A stretch of DNA of 63,975 nucleotides, the filler included, from Octopus bimaculoides (Eukaryota): assembly GCF_001194135.2 (NCBI RefSeq). It is 10 parts of 8 records of this genome, joined end to end, with 100 filler letters (N's around TTAATTAATTAA, not from the genome) between each part and the next. Parts side by side here need not be neighbours in the genome. Positions count along the whole stretch, not along the records: positions 10,006 to 18,099 come from NC_068995.1; positions 18,200 to 28,626 come from NC_068995.1; 8 more parts are not named here. One strand, written 5' to 3'. The notes under the pieces are model-generated. The model ran no database searches. It had not been told where the DNA came from and was given only the letters and a program-made list of their open reading frames with translations. This document shows positions 12,203 to 25,428 of this stretch, piece after piece (the stretch's first letter is position 1; the number at the start of each line of letters is the position of its first letter). The position numbers and the translations under genes are program-made.

Positions 12203-13098
12203 CTCACACTCTTATATACATGCATTAGAAGGATACAAACAAACAAAGAGCAAATGTCTTCAGAGATTTTGGCTTGAGTCCAATAAAGTATCGACCGCCA
12301 GGGATTTTCAAGATACATTACAGCTAATTCTGTCGAGAAATTTATTTAAAGTATTGAACTCGGCCAGGCAAGTCATTGCTAATCAATACCTGGCTAAAAA
12401 TAGGATTTCACGCGACGGATATAAAACAGACTTTCAGGTACAACTGTTGGAGAAATCATTTAAGAACAGGTTAGTTATTCATTATAAATGTCTCTCCCAC
12501 TTCGCAGACACACACATGCGAATATACACAGATATATANNNNNNNNNNNNNNNNNNNNNNNNNNNNNNNNNNNNNNNNNNNNNNNNNNNNNNNNNNNNNN
12601 NNNNNNNNNNNNNNNNNNNNNNNNNNNNNNNNNNNNNNNNNNNNNNNNNNNNNNNNNNNNNNNNNNNNNNNNNNNNNNNNNNNNNNNNNNNNNNNNNNNN
12701 NNNNNNNNNNNNNNNNNNNNNNNNNNNNNNNNNNNNNNNNNNNNNNNNNNNNNNNNNNNNNNNNNNNNNNNNNNNNNNNNNNNNNNNNNNNNNNNNNNNN
12801 NNNNNNNNNNNNNNNNNNNNNNNNNNNNNNNNNNNNNNNNNNNNNNNNNNNNNNNNNNNNNNNNNNNNNNNNNNNNNNNNNNNNNNNNNNNNNNNNNNNN
12901 NNNNNNNNNNNNNNNNNNNNNNNNNNNNNNNNNNNNNNNNNNNNNNNGTGTAGATGTGCGTGCGTGTGTGCAGATATTTATATATCTGTATGTATCTATG
13001 TGTGTATGAGTATGCGTGTTTGTGTATGTGTGTCTGTGTTTATCACTTAAACTGAACTAACAGATATCACGAAAACAATGTCAGTCTACATAGCAGGC

Positions 13099-13132
<34 letters not shown>

Positions 13133-13265
13133 TCCAAGCACGCACACATTAAGGGCAATTTATTTTTAGTCCAAGCCATACAAGAAATTCTCTGTACTAA
13201 TTAAGTTCCCGATACCAATACAGCCACATCACATTATGCAAGCGCCACACACCACGTTACTTCGA

Positions 13266-13313
13266 AGTGCCTTGTGATGATAAATGCCTATACTTTGCCG
13301 AAACCGGTGCATT
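13266..13313 (+). ncRNA. Decayed HHR-like motif
   Basis: agtgc cttgTGATGA ... gcc GAAA CCGG T gcatt. Palindromic CCGG helix III and helix I agtgc/gcatt, but the core has an insertion and the H17 position is missing. Confidence 0.3.
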
Positions 13314-13887
13314 ACTGTTAATCTCCACTGATAAATGTTCCATTATATACGTGATTTGCAAAGATGATAGGATATGGAACGTAGAATACAACCGATGCAC
13401 TATTATTCATCTTGGTTTCACAGTATGAATATTATAGAGACACGTTTTCAATCTGTATTGAAAGGAACAACACGGCCATAAATTTACAACTGTTGTACAC
13501 ATTAATCATACTCGCATCACAAGATTTCTATAGCAGCATTTGGATCCAGGCAAACTGTTTACTATACACAGCCAGGACATTCTGATAGAAAAGCGGATTA
13601 GCAGACCGAAGAATGGAAAGCACGTATTCCATTGAAGTTGCTGCTGTTGCTCTTGTTGCTCTTGTTGTTTGGTCTCAGGTCAAACTTGATTGAACAGACT
13701 TATTGATCAAAGATATTCCAGCGCTTAGCATTCTGTCTTTTAAGGGTTAATAGGGGCACCTTAGTACTGTCTGTCACGAATTTGGTCGAGAGTTAGTAAG
13801 GCTATGATCAAAGCGTTTTAGCCGTGACCAACTACCCTGTTTCTTTTCTTTTCTTTTCTTTCTCTCTATATTGATTCATTTATCACA

Positions 13888-14092
13888 GATAGCAGAACCG
13901 TTAGCGCAGGGAACAAAATGCTTGGCGGTGTTTCATCCGATACATTACGTTCTGTGTTCAAATTCTTCTGAGGTCGACTTCACCTTTCATCCTTTGGGTG
14001 GTGGCGGGGTCGATAAAATAAGTACTAGTTGAATACTAGGGTCGATGTAATCAACTTAGGCCCACCAAATTGCTGGCCTTGTGCCAAAATTT
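13888..14092 (+). mobile_element. tRNA-derived SINE (family A)
   Basis: gcagaaccgttagc head, gttcaaatt B-box, central gaggtcgact..cctttcatcc..ggggtcgataaaataagtac, ends ccttgtgccaaaattt followed by (TTA)n. Confidence 0.85.
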
Positions 14093-14355
14093 ATTATTAT
14101 TACTATTATTATTATTATTATTGAGTGAGAGAGCAGTGCATGCCATCAAAGCGTGTTCACATGCGCTGTGCGAGTAGTGGAGATGATATCCAGCTAAAAT
14201 ACATCATTTCATTTGGAAAATAGAAGTAAATTTCAATAAGTATTACTTACTCGGATGTAGTCCAACTTTTTGTCAGATGTTTTTGGCTCCATTGCGATGT
14301 CTTTATTGCCGATGGTTTTGGATAAATTTCGGAGCAGTGATTTATGGTACGCACA

Positions 14356-14445
14356 TGTTAAACGTCTCCGGTGTTATTTGTTAAATGTCCCCGGTGTTAT
14401 TCTGTTAAACGTCCCTGGTATTATTTGTTAAACGTCCCCGGTGTT
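14356..14445. repeat. 23-24-bp minisatellite, 4 copies (tgttaaacgtccccggtgttatt)
   Basis: Units start at 14356, 14379, 14403 and 14426. Confidence 0.9.
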
Positions 14446-14520
14446 GTTGTTGTTGTTGTTGTTGTTGTTTTTGTTGTTGTTGTTGTTGTTTTTGTTGTTG
14501 TTGTTGTTGTTGTTCTTCTT

Positions 14521-14607
<87 letters not shown>

Positions 14608-14638
14608 TTGATTATTATTATTTTGATTATTATTATTA
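14446..14638. repeat. Compound microsatellite (GTT)n(CTT)n(ATT)n
   Basis: Directly visible. Confidence 0.95.
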
Positions 14639-14640
14639 AA

Positions 14641-14868
14641 AGGCGGCGAGCAGGCAGAATCGTTAGCACGCTGGACGAAAAAATGTTTAACGGTATTTCG
14701 CCCGTCGCCATGTTCTGAGTTCAAATTCCGTCGAGGTCGACTTTGCTTTTCGCCCTTTCGCAGTCGATGAAATAAATACCGGTTAAATGCTGTGACGGAT
14801 GGTATCGATTACCCCCACCCCCACCCCACCTTCCTCCAAAATTCTAGACCTTGTGCCTATAGTAGAAA
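14641..14868 (+). mobile_element. SINE family A
   Basis: aggcggcgagcaggcagaatcgttagcacg...gaggtcgactttgc...ccttgtgcctatagtagaaa. Confidence 0.9.
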
Positions 14869-15090
14869 ACTATTGTTTTTACAGTAACATACAAAGCGTA
14901 TAACGGTAAGAGACACAGAAACAAGCTCTGTATATTAACATACTACAGACACACACAATGTTTGAATAAGCCACATAACCTTCAAAGTATTGTTCATAAA
15001 ATTAAAATAAATATCGCACTTTTCACACAGACTGAGTGGTTCATTCATTAGTCCATAGATATTCATTGTTTTAATGGTCATTTATAGTTG

Positions 15091-15172
<82 letters not shown>

Positions 15173-15246
15173 CACGCACACACATACATGTATATATTTA
15201 TACGCTATTAGGCGTAAATACACATATATTCGTGTACCTGTGTCCG

Positions 15247-15301
<55 letters not shown>

Positions 15302-16087
15302 TATCTGTCTGTGTGTGTGTGCGTGTGTGTATGCCCGCATGTGAATGCATATGTGTGTGCGTTTGTAAGCCATAATTCAACACTACATGTTTCTACCCCC
15401 TGGAAAGAAAAACAAAACACGTTTTTTTTTCTCCGCCATTTTTTTCCTATTCCTAAGAACTTGTTATCCTTCAGAAACTAAAGACTGAAATTATTACAAG
15501 ATTCAAAATGCGATGCCAATATATTCTAGTAGCCTCTTTCAATTCTTCGGAATCTTTACTGAATGACGACTCATGCGAAGTTTTGATATTTCCCCAAACT
15601 CTCAAACTGAAGTATCTAAATTTCGTTCCCATTCTTCTAGAATTTTCCTATGCATCTGACAGAACTAATTAGCTATCAATTTATAAATATGTAAAACGGT
15701 TGGCAGCAGATGATGAAGAATATTTCAACTGCTGCTATCAGATTGTCGAAAACTGACGCCAAATGGATGCAGACGATAATTGGAAAGGGGTCAAAAGTAA
15801 TGAAATAGCGCCCCTAGTGGCATATTCACACAACGCGAGCAAAGAAAGGCAATCCAGAGAAGTTAATAAGTGAAATAATACGCCAACCTTTCTCTTATTG
15901 GCAGAAAAACCTGATTATTCTAATTGAAATAGGATTACACACTTAGCATAGTTTCTCTGCAAGACCGAAATATTAAATGCAGTTTCTGTGTCCCTGTATT
16001 CGTAAAGGATTGGGAATGTGTGGATATTGCTTTTGTGACTCTTACGCATACATGAATATGTATGCTTGCGTGTGTGTGTGTGTGTGC

Positions 16088-16190
<103 letters not shown>

Positions 16191-16250
16191 ATTGTGAATG
16201 TGAACTTGCGCTGACGGGTATGGACGTATGGGACAACACACATGCGTACG

Positions 16251-16284
<34 letters not shown>

Positions 16285-16999
16285 CATTCTCCTCGTGGAT
16301 ATAGTCCTTGGCATTCCATCTTTCTTTGTTGCAGCCATTTCAGCTTCCACTTACGTCTCATACGCTATAATCCTCAGAGAAGCAAGGAATCACAGAATCT
16401 CATGCCTTTCTCGCCCGTAAATAATTTCTGTCCTTATTAAAAAATCATTATCTCTTCCCTCTCCTCCTGTTGTCTTATTTATTTGCGAATTATTTATTTA
16501 GATATTTATGCGTTTATGTATGTTTCTATGCACTTGTGGGAGGACATTGATAAATTCACATACGTATGTATGTATATGATTAAATACGAATGTTTGTATG
16601 TATATATACGTAATTCTTATGTTATTTATCCATGTATGCATCCAAGTATATACGTACGTATACAATCATATATGTATGTATATATGGCTCTTCTATTTTT
16701 TAGTTATTATAAATCGTCCACTGAGGAGGGAGCATGTTTCCAACAAAGATACAAGGCTCCATCTTTGGGATGTAGTTAACACAGACGAAGTTACATTTGG
16801 AAATTGGGTAAAGACTTGTATATTTTTATTGTTCCACTCACAGATTGCACTTGTAAAGTACGAATTAGCCGGTCGATTTATCTTCCTGAAAATCCCAGTT
16901 TATCCAGATTTTCTTATGAACATTTACTAACAAAACCTATTTATGTATATATGTATGTATGTATGTAGTAAAAAGCAGCACAGGAGGGCAATTAAATAG

Positions 17000-17041
17000 C
17001 AGACACCGGCGGGAACAAACTCATCCCTCATCAGTTATCGA
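17000..17041 (-). ncRNA. Decayed HHR-like motif
   Basis: Minus strand CTGATGA ggga-tgagtttgt-tccc G---CCGGT. Perfect 4-bp helix II and a CCGG palindrome, but GAAA is reduced to G and helix I is unclear. Confidence 0.3.
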
Positions 17042-17329
17042 CCAAAGATCATAACACTTTTGACGCCTTCTAGATAATATTGTTCAGTTTGGTAGCATGT
17101 GTGTGTGTGTGTGTGTGTGTGTGTATAAGAAAAAGTATGATAAATACAAAATGCACTTTATACAAATTGTTTCCTACACCTGTTTCGCTATTGTTCGCTC
17201 TATTTAATCTGTGTATCGTAACGGGTAATACTAATGACATAACAAAAACAACCATATCATTCTAGTAGGAGTAAACTAGATGATGACGCTACACCATTCA
17301 CTTGTATCAGACCTTCTCCTAGTAAGAGC

Positions 17330-17377
<48 letters not shown>

Positions 17378-17593
17378 TCCGTATGTGTGTGTGTAAACCT
17401 ACATAGTAAACAAAGAAATATGGCATATGTAACTATTTCTCCTTAGAAATGAAAAACATTGTGAGCAGCTTTAAGATATCAGTATATAGATACATACATA
17501 CATATATGTAGAGCTTTATACACACAGCATTATATATGTATATGCGTATGTATACATTAAATACATAGATATAGCCAGACAGGCAAATAGTTG

Positions 17594-17669
<76 letters not shown>

Positions 17670-18314
17670 CAGGAAAGGAAGCCTGAATGCACAACCACAT
17701 TATCAAATAGGTCGATAATCAATGAAAAAATATCATTTAAAGATATATATAAAAAATAATCGAAAAATCCGAATGAAGAAGAGGAATAAAAAAACGTATT
17801 GTAGTTTTCATTAAATTCTCGAATTAAAATGGTTTGAAAGCCAAGATTAACACAGATATATATATATATTTTTCTTTTTGCGATCTTCTTAAAATCTATC
17901 AACCATTCTTGCTAACGTTCTATATTCTAGTTCTTTTCGTTTTGCTGAGCATTTTATATGCTACTTCTAATTTGCATTTAGCTCATCACAATCAATTGCA
18001 ACGATCGAAATGAATACCGTTTAATTAACACTCGGTGACCTACAATGTATTTCTTTTATTTTCATAAATGTATATATATATGTATGTATATATATATATN
18101 NNNNNNNNNNNNNNNNNNNNNNNNNNNNNNNNNNNNNNNNNNNTTAATTAATTAANNNNNNNNNNNNNNNNNNNNNNNNNNNNNNNNNNNNNNNNNNNNA
18201 TATAAATCGTGTTTTTTTTCGTCATAAGGAAAATAATTTTACATTCGATTGAAGGGATACTCAAAACATTTCGTACGGTATAATCTTTGGTATGTAAATA
18301 ATAAGTATAGGTGT

Positions 18315-18357
<43 letters not shown>

Positions 18358-18460
18358 ACGGTTATTTTCATGCATTTTTATTTCATGTTACTCTCTTTCA
18401 TTGCTTCTCAATTTTGCTTTAAGTATTGCCATTTCAAAATGCCTCTTTTTCTTACTTTTT

Positions 18461-18511
<51 letters not shown>

Positions 18512-19585
18512 GTCTTTCTTTCGTTCTTTCTTTCTTTCTTTCTTTCTGTTATTTCACAATTTTCGCTCTCTTTATGTTCTCTTCTTTAATACTCATGTGT
18601 CTCTCTTTTCTTTCGAATTAAGAAAACAGATTAGTCTTTTCATCTAATATCTTCTCATTTCTCATATGTGGTATTTCCACCCTTCAGTATTATCTTCTCA
18701 TATGCCTCCTGCCTGCTCTTTTTTTAATGATTCACTCACTAATCAATCTATACTTTCATCCTTCATTTTTTTAATTTTGGGTTCATAACTCATCCGTTAT
18801 CTCTGTCCGCCTGCCCCCTACTCATTTATTAGATGCCTTCAAATATTTGCTCACTCCTAGAAATATTTTTTTCAAACTGCATATTATTATTTTAATTTTC
18901 TTCTATTCTCTTCCCAAGAAAGGTGTTGGCTATTTTTCGTTTACATGTTATTTCCATTTTCCTTCCTCTTTTCATTACTAGATATTTTTGCGCCATTTTG
19001 CTTTATTCTCCATCTTTCTCATCTTAACTACCCCCTTGACTCTCTCTTTCTCACTGTCCAATTCACATTCGTTCTGCAATATGTTGAACACCCATATGGC
19101 TGGGTTACTGCTACCGTTTGTTATTTTGGCCTCTGAACTCTTCATCGAATGACTTCTTTTTACTGGCTCTCGTGTAACTGAACCAAATTAAAAATTATAT
19201 GTAAAGAGGCAAGGTTTATCAGGTCATACGTTTCGGCGTAGCGTATCTCCGTTGAAAGTACCTCTTACTATTCTTACTATGTGTATATGGGTAGCATGTT
19301 TGTTTGTTGAAAGACGTGAAATGACGTGATGTCGAGGCTGTTTGCGTGTATGTATGTGTACGCGTGGTGTTTGTACGACTGTGTATCACTAAGTGCATGT
19401 ACTGATGTACGTCTCATCGGTGGAAATCCGCACAATACTCTGTGAGCAAATTTTTGTATCACATACTGAAGCTGAAATAATAATCTAAGGATGGGACTAG
19501 ATGTAAGGTGGTTTATGACTAGAGTTGTGAATCACAACACACGTTAATTGACTAAAGTAATGATACGAAACCTATCGAATATATT

Positions 19586-19797
19586 GATTTGAAATTTTGG
19601 TGCAATGTCATCAAATTCGCTGGAGGATAAATCGATTACATCACCACCAGAGCTCTGCTGGTACTTATTTTATCGACCTCAAAATGGTAAAAGGTAAAGC
19701 TGGCCACGGCAGAATGTTAACTCAGAACGTAAAGACAGACGAAATGATGTTAAGCATTCTGCTCGGCGTACTAACGATTTTGCCACCTTGCCTCCTT
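19586..19797 (-). mobile_element. SINE family A
   Basis: Reverse-complement match to family A (ggtacttattttatcgacc; ctaacgattttgcca). Confidence 0.85.
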
Positions 19798-20161
19798 AAG
19801 TACCCGCTCCATATATTGTAACTAGTTTTATATGCACAAGCATGCTTGCAAGAAGACCGGCTAAATGGGTGGTTGAACAGCGAGAATGAATAAAATTGAC
19901 TGTATGTTTATATAAACAATCAAACTAATTTATAAATTATCTACTTACTCAAATTACACAAACACATATATGTATGTGTGTGTCTGTGTGTGTGTGTGTG
20001 TGCGTGCGTGTGCGGATGTTGCGTCTGTGTCTTTTTATGATATTTATAATACTAAGAGCGGGTCATGTTTTGGCATTAGTTTAATACTTATTTGATGCAT
20101 GAGATTCTTATAATTTTCTACTCTTTCAACTGTTTAGGTTTCCGTGGAGTATATTCTCAGC

Positions 20162-20229
20162 CTAGCGTAATTCTGAATACACCATCTGAGGCACTATAAC
20201 ATAGTCTTAGAAACACGATTTTACGCTAG
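20162..20229 (+). ncRNA. Decayed HHR-like motif
   Basis: Perfect 9-bp ctagcgtaa/ttacgctag encloses tt-CTGAATA ... tgag-gc-actat/atagt-ctta GAAA CACGA TT. G8 is mutated and helix III is damaged. Confidence 0.3.
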
Positions 20230-20836
20230 CGAAATCTTGCCGTTGTCTGATCACATCAATCAAAATCTTGTCCACATAAACAAACAACCTATGTCATTAC
20301 TGCATTTTATAATATTTATAGTTATAGCAATAAACTTTCACTCGTGACACACAGAAACGCATGTAAGTCAAAATACACATATGCACATTTGTATCTATAT
20401 ATACACACACTCATACACACTTATATCGATTCATACATAGAGGGATCTATCAAAATGTATGTGAATGCAGGCACAGCTCTACGCATATGTATATATTCGT
20501 GTTCATTATAAATAAATCTGTCCCCGGAGACATTCGAATTGAAAGACACGCTGTTACATCTACCTATACATATGAACTTCCCTCAAAATCTATGGATATA
20601 TAATGTCGAAAAGTATAGCAGTGAAACAAAATACTGTTAACGCAGTAGTGTTTTATGAAACACACAATTCGCTAAGAAATTGAACTATCGGATTTACTAA
20701 ATTCCCTATTAATTGTAGGGTTTGTATGCAGTGTCTCCGCGGAGAAGAAATTCCTTAGTCACGAGTGAATCCTTTGTATAGGATTGGGCCCTGTTTTGTC
20801 TCAAGAATATATTGTATATGATTTTGTCGTACGTAC

Positions 20837-22558
20837 TAGGCATGTCTTATACGCTGATTGCCGGCTGCATGCAGCAATTTTCAAAGCCCAAGTGAGACTC
20901 GAGAGTGACGGTTTAAAAATTGGGAAGCACCAAAATCTGTAGTAGAAAAAAATTAATAATAATTTAATTAATTAAATTAGGTTTATTGATGAGAAAATAC
21001 AAGGTTCTAAAATATGTTTTATTTAATAATAAAGAGTTGATATGATAAAATTCAAAATTATGACGAATGTTCGGTTGTAGATCTGGTATTTTTGCACTAG
21101 TTTTTTGAAATAGTTTTCAATATCCTCCAGTAAAATTCTGCTGTCCTGAATGCAGGCGTGATTCAGTCCATAGTCTCAATTGTTACACATTTTAACATAG
21201 AGGTTTGGAACACTGAAAGTTATTTTACGACGGCTAGTTATCCGCCAGATAGTAAAAAGAGAAGCTTGAATAAGGAAGCTCGTGCTTTCTAAGAAAAGAG
21301 TGAGTTGCTTTATTTCTGTACAACTGTTAACTAAAAGATGGACTGCTTAAGTTGCTACACCGAAGGAATACAACTTGAGAAGACACTATGAAAAGCTCAC
21401 GAGTTTTCCTGCACTAAATACGAAAGTTCCACGCATGTATGTTTCGAGAGGTAAGGTGAAATGTCAGATGATTTGAAAAATTGGACGAAAGCTGCTTCGT
21501 GAAAGTTCGCACGTTCTTCAGTTGTTATTGATGAAATTATCGATATTAGCTTGCTAATTGTATTATGGCTTCTATGCTCATTTTAATATTTATGAAGAGT
21601 TATTTGAAATGGTACCAATGCATGACACGACAACAAGTCAAAACATTCTTAAGAAAGCGAAACAAGTTCTACATGAATATAATTACAAGTTGGCTAAGTT
21701 TGTTTGTTTAACACGATGGTGCGTCTAGGAAGTCTGACGGGTTTTCGAACAAAGATACAAATAACACGACAAAGTCCACATTCGCCATTCACACTATGCA
21801 AAAATCATGGCTTCCAAGTCCGTGTTCCATCGGAACATAACAACTACGGATGATACTAAGTTCAATATCTTAATAGCGGAGTTGATAAGGGTGATGAAAA
21901 ACGTGTTTCGCATGTGTGACACAAAGTAATTGGAGAGACGCATACATCACTTCATTCGCTGCATGAACTTCTAGGGCAACAGCCAAAGAGACAGGTTGCA
22001 CAAATGAGCCTTGAATCAAATGGCTGAATCTACGGACTAAAGTTGTAGAGAGGCAAGAAACTCTCGTAAAATCTCAGTTCTGTAGAGCATACCAATTTGA
22101 AAGAATCCTTGTACTGGTAGGAATTGTGTAATGTGTAGTTAGCCAACAGATAACCTGCAAAGCTAGGGATGCAGTCAGAGAGTAAAGCGTACGGAGCGAC
22201 GGTGCAGAAACAGAGCAACATTGGAGAGACAAAATCGTAGGACAGATGATTAGTGAACAATGGCTGGAACTTCCAGTGGAACGTCCATTAGAAGAGAAGC
22301 TCCTGAGTGCTACAAATTTATTACCTCGTCGAACAATTGGAAATATTTACAGGCGTGTTTCTCCAGAAAAGGATCAAGATCTAATGTCACCGATTAACAT
22401 AATCATAAGTATTTTATTTATGAAATAATTGACGTTAGGAGAGGGGGAAATCGTTGCAACGTCGGAAAGAATGGCTGTAATATTCAGTTACAGTCCTTTA
22501 CGTTCTGACTACGAATAACGCATTGGCCCAACAAGCATTTCATTCTTGCAGGGGCCTG
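20837..22558 (+). mobile_element. hAT transposon fossil, Charlie/SPIN (GTF2IRD2-like) type
   Basis: SSVVIDEIIDIS (~21516-21550), YEELFEMVPMHDTTTSQNILKKAKQVLHEYNYKLAKFVCLT/DGAS (~21590-21726). Decayed termini taggcatgtc...gctgcatgc and ...ggccc...gcaggggcctg; no clear TSD. Confidence 0.82.
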
Positions 22559-23729
22559 AGAATAAATATCAGATGATTAACTAAATCAATTCAATTACAA
22601 TACGTATAGCTGAAATTTATGTCATTAACTCTTAATTGATTCAGTCACTGGAAATTTGACTGCGGTTTTGTGAGGACACCGGCTTTATGGGGTTTTATTT
22701 TATCCCAGTACTTATGTTTGAAATTCTGGTAAAACAATCCAACACCGATCGCCAAGCCATCGTGCGTGAGAAACAAAAGTAAAAACACACACGGTCACAC
22801 ATGTGTGTGCGCGCGTATGTGTGTGCGCGCGTATGTGTGCGCGTGTGTATGCTCGCATGCGCATGACAATCTTCTACGCAGTTTCCACCTACCAATCTCA
22901 CTCGCAACGCCACCCAGCATTGCAATCGAAGTTACCTGACTAAGTGACCGCGTAGTGGGAATGAACTAGAAACCACTCCTTTGCAAAACATTCTTAACTA
23001 CATTATCATAGCTGAGCATTGTAGCTCATTTCAAGTTTAATATTCTCAGGTACACTTAATTACGTTATAATCTGGCATGCTGAAACACACATGGGCGTAT
23101 CATTTACTAGGTAGATTAAAACAAAAGCGTATAACGAGATATGCAAAAGGATTAGAACAAATGACCTATCTATCTGTGTGTCAGTCTATATGTCTGTTTG
23201 TATGCGTGAAGCCTTAAAATTCGAGAACTACCCAACCGATGTCATTCAAATTTTACAGCTGCATTACTTAGGGCCTATGAGATGTTATGGGCCAAAGAAA
23301 TTTTCATCTTCTTACCTAACTCGGACCCGGATCAATCTCATAGAATGGTTCTACATTGCATGTCAAAAGTGAAACAATTACATCTATATTATAATGAGGA
23401 ATAATATTGTTTCACTTTTCTTCTTTCACTTTTAATTCTAATGTGATAACACAAAGATCATCTTATTTTACACATTTGGCGTTCAATTACGTGTTAATAA
23501 TTATGGTAGCAGTTGTGAAGTTACAACGTATTTACATTACATATTAACTCCTATGTTAACATTAATCCATGTGTTCAATCACCATATATAACATTCTTTC
23601 TCTCACTGTCTCTCTGTCGGTAATCCCAACAGCGCCAAGGTAGGTAAGTGATCACGCTTTTTTTTACCAAACTTTATGTAGTTATATATATATATATATA
23701 TATATATACTACAAAAATAACCTTTTAAA

Positions 23730-24757
23730 CGAGGTCGGGTCGCACAATTCTGTGGTCATTTTCGGGCAATATTTGGATTTGCGTCTAATCTACGTTGCCA
23801 ATTTTCATGTTTTTTGTGTCAAAAAGCGCAGCAATGTACAAAGAGTGTTAATGTGTGCATTTGTGATACACAAAACCATATTTCTCAATGGAAAATGACA
23901 AAAAGCATGACTTTTTAAAACAATTATTGGCACATTTTCGTTAATAATGGCCTTTGCGCAGAAACTAAACGTCCAATGTGAACGTCTTTAGTATTCGATG
24001 AATAAACAATGTCTTCGAAGCATTGAGACCATTGTTTTGCACGAAGCCCTACTTTTCAACAAAGAATTTACCAATGTATCTTGTTCTGGTATATCTGTGA
24101 TCACCTCTGGCATTACTTCCGAAAACAATTTGTCCATGTAGATTTTTGTGGTAGGAAATGACTTAGGAGTGCCAAAGAAACGTTCTCAGGTTTAAGTTCA
24201 ATGAAAATTCCCCCAGGATTAAGCACAGTAAGAGCCTATATCCGTTCAAGTGACGCAAAGTAATAACTAAAACCTTTCGAGCTTTTTTGCCTTTACAATT
24301 TTTCTCTTTATTCAACCCAAAATAATGCGAATTTGCTTATCGTTATTAGTATTTTATTGATGTCTATTATTCATTCCATAAGCCGCAAAGATCGTAAGGA
24401 TTTTGCTACAATCTCCCTATTTTTCACAGTAGTTGAGCGTGTACTATAACGCAGGCTTTGCGATGGAAAACAAATGTCTGACTGATAACCCCAGTGAAGA
24501 TAACAACAACAACACGCATCTATGCAAGGGCAAATTAAGTTCACAAGCACACAAGTCCGCCCACGGTGTGTGTCCATTCATTGGTCGAAATGCACACTGT
24601 GTTCACTGATGGGTACAATTTGAAAACGAAATCCTTATCAGAGGCATGTATTGCAACACTTGTCGGTGGTGAAGTTATTTTTATCAATTACTCAAGCAAC
24701 GACAACGTGCATTGTGTGTGGTGCGTACGTTCCGCCTGAACTCGAATATCCAGTGCA
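23730..24757 (+). mobile_element. Possible decayed Helitron 3' portion (helicase C-terminus)
   Basis: ttttcgttaataatggcctttgcg reads FSLIMAFA (cf. FPLRLAFAMTINKSQG) at ~23935; LRL..-like motif at ~23780; weak hairpin plus ccagt end at ~24720-24757. Confidence 0.3.
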
Positions 24758-25371
24758 TATATATCTATATATATATATGCAAACACATTGAGAAATAAAT
24801 GACATACAAAACGTAAAAGCCCCAAACATCAAAATTATGTAACTCCACCCCAGGCACACATGCTCACACACGCAAGTACAAAGAAATGCTACTCATACAG
24901 TCACGTGCACACACACACACACATTCACATATAATATATTATTAGACTATGATATAATTTATATTGATAACTATGGGTGAGACCATACCACTTATTTAGG
25001 CGCCGCCTTGGCTGTATGGTTGGAAGTCTGTTTCTAAACCACATTGTTCAAGATTGAGTCCCATTTCATCCCTTACATACGTTACACTAAAAATGCTATG
25101 TCTGGATGCACACTATCGGATCAATATGATAAATAAGCACAACGACAAGAATATAGACGAAATGAAATAAGTGAGCATAAAGTCAATGTCCAAGTCTTTT
25201 TTTTTTTAATTGCTGTGATCTTTATATTTAGTTACAACCTAATCTCGGTTACGAAGAGCCTATGTGTACACGCGAGGTCGAGAGTTTAACGCAAATAACA
25301 TTAAAACCGAAACATGAACGGAGCAACTGTCGAGTGTCGGACGCATACAATCATGTGCACGCGCTCTGTGA

Positions 25372-25428
<57 letters not shown>

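Noticed and set aside
14356-14445. CRISPR-like repeat array
   Set aside because: The units are contiguous with no unique spacers, in a eukaryotic context.
19222-19275. Minus-strand GAAA-CG-TA-tgacct hammerhead
   Set aside because: The 3' half fits, but no recognisable CUGANGA core remains; too degenerate to call.
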